A stretch of DNA of 32,000 nucleotides from Polynucleobacter necessarius. Its GTDB lineage: Bacteria; Pseudomonadota; Gammaproteobacteria; Burkholderiales; Burkholderiaceae. The DNA lies in assembly GCF_900095195.1 (NCBI RefSeq), contig NZ_LT606950.1, forward strand, positions 1,161,946-1,193,945, read 5' to 3'. The position numbers and the translations under genes were made by a program. Positions 1-7,491 of this stretch are shown piece after piece (the first letter of the stretch is position 1; each line of letters opens with the position of its first letter). Under the pieces are notes generated by a model that saw only the letters and a list, made by a program, of their open reading frames with translations, searched no databases and was not told the DNA's origin.

Positions 1-575
1 TGGATGATGCGGCGGGAGAGGCATTTGATAAAACCGCCAAATTACTCGGGTTGGATTATCCCGGTGGTGCCGCAATTTCTAAATTAGCCGAGCAGGGTAG
101 ATCGGGAGTATTTGATTTGCCAAGACCGATGCTTCATTCAGGCGATTTGGATTTTTCGTTTTCAGGATTGAAAACTGCGGTGCTGAATCAAGTAAAGAAA
201 TTTGAAGGATTAAACATTTCCGATCCTCAAGCGGTTGCTCAATTTCATGCAGATCTAGCACGAAGTTTTGTCGATGCAATTATTGCCGTCTTAGTTAGTA
301 AGTCAGAAAAAGCGCTGAAGCAAACTGGCTGCAAACATCTGGTGCTTGCGGGTGGCGTTGGCGCAAATACGCAATTGCGTACCGCACTAAACGCCAGCGC
401 TTTGCACAATCGCTTTGAGGTTCATTACCCACCCCTAGATCTGTGCACAGACAATGGCGTGATGATTGCCTTTGCTGGAGCACTACGCTTGTTAGCTAAA
501 AATAATGGCGCCACGACTTCTGGCGCCTTCGACATTAAACCCCGCTGGGATTTGCAAAGTAATAATCTGATTTAG
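1..575 (+). CDS. tsaD: tRNA N6-adenosine threonylcarbamoyltransferase TsaD, C-terminal part (5-prime end lies outside the window)
   Basis: The frame is open from position 3 ([29 protein letters not shown]...) and continuous with track ORF 51..575. The motifs [20 protein letters not shown] and CTDNGVMIA are typical of TsaD/Kae1. The TAG stop is at 573-575. Confidence 0.9.
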   Translation, partial: DDAAGEAFDKTAKLLGLDYPGGAAISKLAEQGRSGVFDLPRPMLHSGDLDFSFSGLKTAVLNQVKKFEGLNISDPQAVAQFHADLARSFVDAIIAVLVSKSEKALKQTGCKHLVLAGGVGANTQLRTALNASALHNRFEVHYPPLDLCTDNGVMIAFAGALRLLAKNNGATTSGAFDIKPRWDLQSNNLI

Positions 576-589
576 AGCTGATTAATGCC

Positions 590-1414
590 CTATTTTTGGT
601 GGCTAATACGCGCAAATGCATGTGATTGCGAATAGATTCGAAGTTCTCCGCCTCGACCACAAAAACTGAATACGCTGATCTGCCTTGAGGTTGCCAGCGA
701 CGTCACGGACTAAATCCTCTACAAACTTTGGATTACTGTAGGAGTGCTCGGTAACCCATTTCTCATCCGGCCGATTGAGTAAACCCCAGAGTTCGCTAGA
801 AGCTTCGCTCTCTGCTGCGGCAACTAAATCTTCTACGGTCATTTGCGTTTTGGAATCTAACGTGACAGTCATGGTGACATGTGAGCGTTGGTTGTGAGCG
901 CCAAACTCAGAAATCTCTTTTGAGCAAAGGCAAAGACTCATTACTGGCACTTGCGCTCGCAAACCCAACTCTACTTCGGCACCACCGGAAGCATTTTGTT
1001 TGACATGCGCCATCCAAGTTACTTCGTAATCCATCAAACTTTCCACGCCTGAAACAGGGGCTGCTTTTTAACGAAGTGGGTATAGGTGAATTGAACATGA
1101 CCTTCCTTAGCATCTAACAAAGGAAGCATTTCTTTTGCTAAGGCAACTACCGTGGCGCTATCAACCGCCTGATCTTGTTTTTGCAGGAGCGCCATGAAAC
1201 GTGACATGTGCGTGCCCTTCACATGTGCAGTCCACCTTGGATGAGCGCGCATTGCCTATTGAGCAAGTCGGTATTCGTGGTGTGCGTCATCCGTTAATTA
1301 TTCGTAGCGCAACCGGTAACTTTCCATCGGTCGGTACATTTGAGATGGATGTCGCCCTACCTGCACATCTGGCATAGCGCTTGCTTTGAGAAAGGCGGGG
1401 TTCATGTCATTCAT
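590..1414 (-). pseudogene. folE2: GTP cyclohydrolase I type 2 (FolE2), disrupted by one internal inversion and three frameshifts
   Basis: FolE2-like peptides are spread over three minus-strand frames. They include MNDMNPAFLKASAMPDVQ starting at 1414, [74 protein letters not shown] and [14 protein letters not shown]. One block lies on the plus strand (1231-1360: STLDERALPIEQVGIRGVRHPLII...MDVALP). Frame changes are needed near 1065-1069, 661-665 and about 620-623. The reconstructed stop is at 590-592. Confidence 0.85.
1223..1368. other. 130-bp inverted segment (1231-1360) of folE2, bounded by perfect 8-bp inverted repeats ATGTGCAG (1223-1230) and CTGCACAT (1361-1368)
   Basis: The minus strand reads ...AMPDVQ down to 1361. 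The plus strand at 1231-1360 then encodes the next 43 FolE2 residues. The minus strand resumes at 1230 with (P)AHVKGTHMSRF. Flipping 1231-1360 restores one continuous frame across both junctions. Confidence 0.85.
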
Positions 1415-1439
1415 AGCTCTATTTTCAAGCAAAACGATC

Positions 1440-3341
1440 TTATTTGCCTGAAATTACCGAATTTGCCATCAATACTGCCGGAAAACGCTTCTTAATCGAG
1501 TTGGTAATACCTTCGACATCCAGGCCACACTTGGTCATTAGTAATTGATAGTCGCCATGTTCAATGAATTCATCTGGAAGACCTAACTGCAGTAATGGCT
1601 TATAAATGCCCAATGATGAGAAGGCTTCAAGACAGGCGCTTCCGGCGCCACCAGCAATTGCACCATCTTCAATCGTCACAAAATAATCGTGCGTTTCCGC
1701 CAATGATTTAATGAGATCAACATCCAGCGGTTTTACAAAACGCATATTTGCAACTGTCACATCCACTCCCTCAGCAGCTTCTAATGCAGCGTATAACAAA
1801 GTACCGAACGCTAGAATTGCGACACGCTGTCCAGCAGGCGCGTTCGACTTGCGACGAATTTCCCCTTTACCTAACGGTAAAGTGCGCAACTCTGTGGATG
1901 GGGTAGCGCCTACACCAGAGCCGCGCGGATAACGAACGGCCGTTGGATGCGGTTGGTGAAATGCAGTAGTCAATAAATCTCGGCATTCCGCCTCATCCGC
2001 TGGCGTCATCACCAACATATTGGGAATACAACGCAAGAATGGAATATCGTATGCGCCCGCATGCGTTGCTCCGTCCGCACCCACTAAACCCGCGCGGTCG
2101 AGCGCAAACAAAACCGGTAAATCTTGCAGAGCCACATCATGAATCAATTGATCGTAAGCGCGCTGCAAGAATGTGGAATAGATCGCTACTACCGGCTTCA
2201 TGCCCTCACACGCCATACCTGCCGCAAAGGTCACCGCATGCTGCTCAGCAATGCCAACGTCGTAATAGCGTTTCGGGAAATTTTTTTCAAACTCCACTAA
2301 GCCAGATCCCTCGCGCATTGCTGGAGTAATGCCAATGAGCATTGGATCAGCATGCGCCATGTCACAAAGCCATTCACCAAAAACTTGGGTGAAGGTTTTC
2401 TTGCTCGCCGCCGCTTTTTTCACACCCTCCTCTGGGTTGAATTTGCTGGGCCCGTGATACAACACAGGATCCGCTTCTGCTAACTCATATCCCTGCCCTT
2501 TTTTGGTTACAACATGCAAAAACTGCGGGCCGCGACCCTCTAATGCTAAGCGACGCACATTCTGTAACATTGGAATTAAGGCATCAAGATCATGGCCATC
2601 AATTGGGCCAAAGTAATTAAATCCAAACTCTTGGAAGATCGTGGAAGGTGACACCATGCCCTTAGCGTGATCCTCTAGACGCTTTGCAAACTCACGTAAG
2701 GGTGGTGCAATCGATAGTACGCTATCAATCCCTTTTTTAGTCGCTGAATAAATATTGCCGCTCAATAATCTCGCTAGATGTCGATTCAGCGCGCCCACCG
2801 CAGGAGAAATGGACATATCGTTGTCGTTCAAAATCACCACCAACGGTAGATCGTCATAGACGCCTGCATTGTTCATTGCCTCAAAGGCCATACCACCCGT
2901 CATCGCACTATCACCAATCACTGCGATCGCTACTTGTCGCTCACCCTTTGTCTGAAACGCGCGAGCCATACCCATCGCCGCAGAAATACTCGTCGATGAA
3001 TGTCCTGTTCCAAAAGCATCAAATTCACTTTCCGCACGCTGAGGAAAGCCTGATAAACCTTTGAACTGTCGCAGAGTACTCATGCGCTCACGTCGACCAG
3101 TCAATATTTTATGAGGATAGCTTTGGTGTCCAACATCCCAAACAATACGATCTCGTGGTGTGTCAAAGACATAATGCAAGGCAATGGAGAGCTCTACCGT
3201 TCCCAAATTTGGGGATAAATGACCACCCGTTTTGGAGACAGAATCCAAAACAAATTCGCGCAACTCATCCGCAAGAGCAGGTAGCTCTTCGCGCGATAGT
3301 TTTTTGAGATCCTTAGGAGAGTGAACAGAAAGTAAAGTCAT
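1440..3341 (-). CDS. dxs: 1-deoxy-D-xylulose-5-phosphate synthase
   Basis: Track ORF of 645 aa contains [40 protein letters not shown] and a [18 protein letters not shown] motif. I prefer the ATG at 3341 ([15 protein letters not shown]) because it matches the usual Dxs N-terminus and avoids a 20-nt overlap with ispA. The alternative ATG is at 3377. Confidence 0.97.
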   Translation of the reverse strand: MTLLSVHSPKDLKKLSREELPALADELREFVLDSVSKTGGHLSPNLGTVELSIALHYVFDTPRDRIVWDVGHQSYPHKILTGRRERMSTLRQFKGLSGFPQRAESEFDAFGTGHSSTSISAAMGMARAFQTKGERQVAIAVIGDSAMTGGMAFEAMNNAGVYDDLPLVVILNDNDMSISPAVGALNRHLARLLSGNIYSATKKGIDSVLSIAPPLREFAKRLEDHAKGMVSPSTIFQEFGFNYFGPIDGHDLDALIPMLQNVRRLALEGRGPQFLHVVTKKGQGYELAEADPVLYHGPSKFNPEEGVKKAAASKKTFTQVFGEWLCDMAHADPMLIGITPAMREGSGLVEFEKNFPKRYYDVGIAEQHAVTFAAGMACEGMKPVVAIYSTFLQRAYDQLIHDVALQDLPVLFALDRAGLVGADGATHAGAYDIPFLRCIPNMLVMTPADEAECRDLLTTAFHQPHPTAVRYPRGSGVGATPSTELRTLPLGKGEIRRKSNAPAGQRVAILAFGTLLYAALEAAEGVDVTVANMRFVKPLDVDLIKSLAETHDYFVTIEDGAIAGGAGSACLEAFSSLGIYKPLLQLGLPDEFIEHGDYQLLMTKCGLDVEGITNSIKKRFPAVLMANSVISGK

Positions 3342-3357
3342 TGCATCTAAATTTGTG

Positions 3358-4254
3358 TCATTTACCTCGATTGACAACCAACAGGGCCAATTCTTTTAAG
3401 GCTTGTGCTTTTTCACCAAATCCATCAAGACTGCCAATGGCGGTTTCTTGCAACTCTTTTGCTTGTTTCTGCGCATAGTCTAACCCCAACAGGGTGACAT
3501 AGGTTGGCTTGTTCGCGGCGGCATCTTTGCCTGCTGTTTTTCCAAGGGTTTGGCTATCGACCGTCGCATCCAATATGTCATCCACAATCTGAAATGCCAG
3601 GCCTAGTGCTGTGGAGTATTGATGCAATTGCAACATTTGAGTTGCATTGAGATTGGCGACAATTCCTCCAAGCTCTGCCGCGCGCGATAGCAAAGCACCG
3701 GTCTTCATCGCATGCATTTGCTGTAACCCAGCCAGATCCATTTTTTTGCCAACACTATATAGGTCGATCGCCTGGCCACCCGCCATACCTCGAGATCCTG
3801 AGGCTGATGCCAATGCACGAATCATGCGCAGTCGACTATTTGCATCACAGTCGGCATTCGCCAGCATTTCAAAAGCACGTGTTTGCAATGCATCGCCAAC
3901 CAATAATGCAGTCGCCTCATCAAATGCTTTATGTACTGTTGGCCTACCACGACGAAAATCATCATCATCCATACAAGGAAGATCGTCGTGCACCAAGGAG
4001 TACGCATGAATGCATTCAATGGCGACCGCTGCACTATCAAATGCCTGGAAATGTTGATGGTTATTGCCTAAATGACCGGCTGCATAGACCAGTAATGGGC
4101 GTATGCGTTTGCCGCCACCTTGCGCTGCATAACGCATCGCTTCATGTAAACGGCTTGGTGTAGTTTGCGCAGAATCGAGTAACCGATCCAATGCTAGCTC
4201 GGTACGCTCAGAATGCTCAGAGAGCCAATCTTGAAAATGAAATACTGCACTCAA
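3358..4254 (-). CDS. ispA: farnesyl-diphosphate synthase (geranyltranstransferase)
   Basis: 298 aa with both Asp-rich motifs ([17 protein letters not shown] and FQIVDDILD). It sits in the conserved xseB-ispA-dxs order. Confidence 0.95.
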   Translation of the reverse strand: MSAVFHFQDWLSEHSERTELALDRLLDSAQTTPSRLHEAMRYAAQGGGKRIRPLLVYAAGHLGNNHQHFQAFDSAAVAIECIHAYSLVHDDLPCMDDDDFRRGRPTVHKAFDEATALLVGDALQTRAFEMLANADCDANSRLRMIRALASASGSRGMAGGQAIDLYSVGKKMDLAGLQQMHAMKTGALLSRAAELGGIVANLNATQMLQLHQYSTALGLAFQIVDDILDATVDSQTLGKTAGKDAAANKPTYVTLLGLDYAQKQAKELQETAIGSLDGFGEKAQALKELALLVVNRGK

Positions 4255-4266
4255 AATAATCCTTGA

Positions 4267-4500
4267 TTAAGCCTCAAACACGCGTACTTGCTGCTCTACT
4301 TGTGCAAGAACGCCCTGACAATGTTTGAGCAAGGCTGCGCCGCGTTGATACGCCAATAAGGTTTCTTCCAAGGAAAATTTGCCAAACTCCATATCGGAAA
4401 TGAGCTTTTCTAACTCTTTGACTGCTTGCTCATAACGAAGGTCTGGGTCGATCTGGACCTCAAGGCCATTTTTTTGACTCTCTGACTTTTTGGCTGGCAT
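4267..4500 (-). CDS. xseB: exodeoxyribonuclease VII small subunit
   Basis: Sequence YEQAVKELEKLISDMEFGKFSLEETLLAYQRGAALLKHCQ is typical XseB. The internal ATG at 4500 gives a 77-aa product of normal XseB size. The track extension to 4596 is basic, non-homologous sequence. Confidence 0.9.
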   Translation of the reverse strand: MPAKKSESQKNGLEVQIDPDLRYEQAVKELEKLISDMEFGKFSLEETLLAYQRGAALLKHCQGVLAQVEQQVRVFEA

Positions 4501-4664
4501 AAGCAATTCCTCGGTATTTCTCGCTCGAATAGCCCTACATATTAAAGCGAGAACCCCTTTTGGTGGGTACAACCCCCCCTTTTTTCTCCTTTCCAATATC
4601 GATCCGTCGATGGTTGGATTGGTTATTCCGCTTGGCTTCGGCTAACTTTTCGGGGGTGGGGAGA

Positions 4665-5770
4665 ATGACTAATCTGGCTACCGCGCAGAAGCTTGCGCCG
4701 TCCAATCTACAACCGCCGGTTTCGGCATATTTTGACGTTGATTTGTATCAACGAGAAATTGAACTGCTTTTCAAGCAGGGGCCCGGCTATGTCGGTCATG
4801 AACTGATGGTGCCCGAAGTTGGCTCCTATCAAACGTTAAGCGCAGAAAATGAAGGTCGCATTTTAGTTCGCAACCAGTCGGGTGTCGAACTGCTTTCTAA
4901 TGTCTGCCGTCACCGCCAAGCACTCATGCTCAATGGCAAAGGCAAGGCAGAGAACATTGTTTGCCCGTTACATCGTTGGACCCATGACTTGGGCGGTAAT
5001 TTACTAGGAGCACCACACTTTGAAGATAAGCCCTGCTTAAATCCTGGCAAGTCTCCATTGCAAAATTGGCAGGGCTTGTTATTCGAGGGGCCGCGCGATG
5101 TTCGCGCTGATCTAGCGAAATTGGGCGTTGCTGATGACCTTCAATTTGATGGCTATGTTTTGGATCACGTTGAAGTGCATGATTGCAATTACAACTGGAA
5201 GACGTTTATCGAAGTCTATCTCGAGGACTACCACGTTGTGCCATTTCATCCAGGTCTAGGCAGATTTGTTTCCTGCGAAGATTTGCAGTGGGAATTTGGT
5301 GAATGGCATAGCGTACAAACAGTTGGTATTCACAAAGATCTCAAAACCCCAGGATCACCAACCTATCGCCACTGGCACGAAGCAGTCTTGCGCCAGTTTG
5401 ACGGGCAAGCCCAGCGCCACGGCACTATTTGGCTCACCTACTACCCCAATGTGATGGTGGAGTGGTACCCAAGTGTATTGTGCGTCTCTACCTTGCATCC
5501 TCTGGGCGTCAACAAAATCGCAATATTGTGGAGTTTTACTACCCTGAAGAAATCGCTCTATTTGAACGCGAGTTTGTTGGGGCTGAACGCGCCGCCTACA
5601 TGGAAACTTGCATTGAGGATGATGAGATCGCCGAGTGCATGGATCAAGAAAGAGCGGCGCTACTTGCCATAGGCGTCAATGAAGTTGGGCCATATCAGAG
5701 TCCGATGGAAGACGGCATGCAACATTTTCATGAATGGTACCGACGCGTCATGAACTTTCAGGGCGAATAA
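4665..5770 (+). pseudogene. Rieske [2Fe-2S] ring-hydroxylating oxygenase alpha-subunit-like protein, split by a 1-nt frameshift
   Basis: The Rieske motif CRHRQALMLNGKGKAENIVCPLHRW and the mononuclear-iron motif EDYHVVPFH are in frame 1. The conserved C-terminus (RNIVEFYYPEEIALFEREF...GPYQSPMEDGMQHFHEWYRR) continues in track ORF 5429..5770, a different frame. The switch point is near 5508-5520 (A4 run at 5514-5517). The start ATG at 4665 follows GGGGTGGGGAGA. Confidence 0.8.
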
Positions 5771-5818
5771 TCTAGATTCGATATTGCGTTCTTATTCGCC
5801 ACTAAAAAAGGAAGTGTT

Positions 5819-6649
5819 ATGACTCCTCTAATTACCGCAAACCAGCTAGAAGAAATCTTCAACAGTGGCGAAGAGGTGTTGCTTTGTGATTGCCGCTTTG
5901 ATTTAGTGGATCCACTTGCTGGCAAAAAGGCTTACGAAGAGAGTCATATTCCAGGTGCCATCTATGTCGACCTTGATCATGATTTATCTGGCCAAAAAAA
6001 CGGTCGTAATGGTCGCCACCCCCTTCCCTCACCCGAAGACTGGGCGCAGACAAAAACACGCTTAGGCATCACACCCAACACACTGGTTGTTGCCTACGAT
6101 AAACAAGGCTCCGTCTATGCCAGTCGCTTATGGTGGATGCTAAAAGCCACAGGCCACGCCAAGGTCCAAGTATTAGATGGAGGCCTTGATTCTTGGAATG
6201 GTCCAATGGGTACAGTGCTGCGCTTACCTAATCCCGCAGCAAAAGGCATTGAGCCTAGACCTTATGCAGGTCTTGTTTTAGTGGATGAGGTGGTGGGTAA
6301 CTTACAAACCCAGAAATACACCATCATGGATGCTCGCGCCAATGATCGATTTCATGGCCAAAATGAAACACTCGATCCCGTAGGCGGCCATATCCCCGGC
6401 GCTCTCAATCGCTTTTTTAAAGACAATCTTTCGGCAACCGCATTCAAGTCCGCAGAACAACTCTTTCATGATTTTGTTGAACTATTAGGTCCCATCAAAC
6501 CATCTGAGGTCATTCATCAATGCGGATCCAGTGTAACTGCTTGTCACAATCTTTTAGCAATGGAATTAGCTGGCCTTAAAGGCTCTCGACTCTATGCTGG
6601 CAGTTGGAGTGAATGGTGTTCAGACACCAGTAGGCCTATCGAAGCGTAA
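5819..6649 (+). CDS. sseA: 3-mercaptopyruvate sulfurtransferase (tandem rhodanese domains)
   Basis: 276 aa with two rhodanese domains and the active-site loop CGSSVTACH (CG[ST]GVTA type). A strong SD (AAGGAAG) precedes the ATG. Confidence 0.85.
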   Translation: MTPLITANQLEEIFNSGEEVLLCDCRFDLVDPLAGKKAYEESHIPGAIYVDLDHDLSGQKNGRNGRHPLPSPEDWAQTKTRLGITPNTLVVAYDKQGSVYASRLWWMLKATGHAKVQVLDGGLDSWNGPMGTVLRLPNPAAKGIEPRPYAGLVLVDEVVGNLQTQKYTIMDARANDRFHGQNETLDPVGGHIPGALNRFFKDNLSATAFKSAEQLFHDFVELLGPIKPSEVIHQCGSSVTACHNLLAMELAGLKGSRLYAGSWSEWCSDTSRPIEA

Positions 6650-6678
6650 CACCCAAAGAAGGATGCCTTACTTAAGGC

Positions 6679-7452
6679 TTAATGCAGCAGAGAAAGCAGG
6701 ATCACAAATCCTACGCCGCAGGCAACCAATACCGTTTGACGCAGGGATTCCGCCCAATGTGGACGGCGGTGCATTTGTGGTATCAGATCACTCACTGCAA
6801 TATAAATAAAACCACTCGAAGCAATCACTAGCAAATATGGCATGGCTGCGTGCGCTTTCTCGAGAAAGAAATACGCCAAGACTCCGCCAACTACCGCCGC
6901 CAATCCACAAATCAAGCTGTATAGCAATGCTCTAGCACGTGAAAAACCTGCATTGAGCAAGACGATGAAATCACCGATTTCTTGCGGAATCTCATGCGTA
7001 ATGATGGCAATCGCGGTAAAGATGCCTACGTGATAGTCCGCCATAAAAGCTGCTGCAATCAATATGCCATCCACAAAATTGTGAATGCCATCACCCACCA
7101 AAATCATCCAACCACTACGCCCCGCATTTTCTGCATCATGCCCATGGTGATGGTGGTGGCCATCTCCTTCATGATGATGGTCATGACGCAACAGTGCTAT
7201 TTTTTCCAGCAGAAAAAATCCAAGTAAACCCGCTAACAAAGTAGCAAATAGCAACTGGGGATTCGCACCAGGAATATTGAAAGCTTCTGGTAATGAGTGC
7301 AATAGGGCCGTTGCTAGCAGAATGCCTACCGACAAGCTGACCATGTTATTTACCATCTTGGACAACATCGCCAATGAACAACTGGCGGCCACCAACACAC
7401 TAGCAGTACCTGCTAGTGCTGTAACCAAGAGAATGCTTTGTAATACTGACAT
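6679..7452 (-). CDS. ZIP-family divalent metal (zinc) transporter
   Basis: 257 aa polytopic membrane protein with a His-rich loop (HDHHHEGDGHHHHHGHD) and the ZIP signature HEIPQEIGDF / HNFVDG. Confidence 0.9.
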   Translation of the reverse strand: MSVLQSILLVTALAGTASVLVAASCSLAMLSKMVNNMVSLSVGILLATALLHSLPEAFNIPGANPQLLFATLLAGLLGFFLLEKIALLRHDHHHEGDGHHHHHGHDAENAGRSGWMILVGDGIHNFVDGILIAAAFMADYHVGIFTAIAIITHEIPQEIGDFIVLLNAGFSRARALLYSLICGLAAVVGGVLAYFFLEKAHAAMPYLLVIASSGFIYIAVSDLIPQMHRRPHWAESLRQTVLVACGVGFVILLSLLH

Positions 7453-7491
7453 TAATTAATTTCCGACTTCAGAACCAAAAGGAACGTTACT

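Noticed and set aside
4518-4553. An 8-bp inverted repeat TTCTCGCT / AGCGAGAA with a 20-nt loop in the xseB / Rieske-oxygenase divergent intergenic region, as a possible operator or leader hairpin
   Set aside because: An 8-bp inverted repeat somewhere in a 164-bp spacer is expected by chance at appreciable frequency (rough estimate about 0.2). There is no T-tract or second copy, so evidence is insufficient.
7140-7190. A CAT/CAC/ATG-rich tract (ATGGTGATGGTGGTGG...ATGATGATGG), as a possible microsatellite or phase-variable repeat
   Set aside because: It encodes the His-rich cytoplasmic loop (HHHEGDGHHHHHGH) typical of ZIP transporters. The repeat units are imperfect and the frame is intact.
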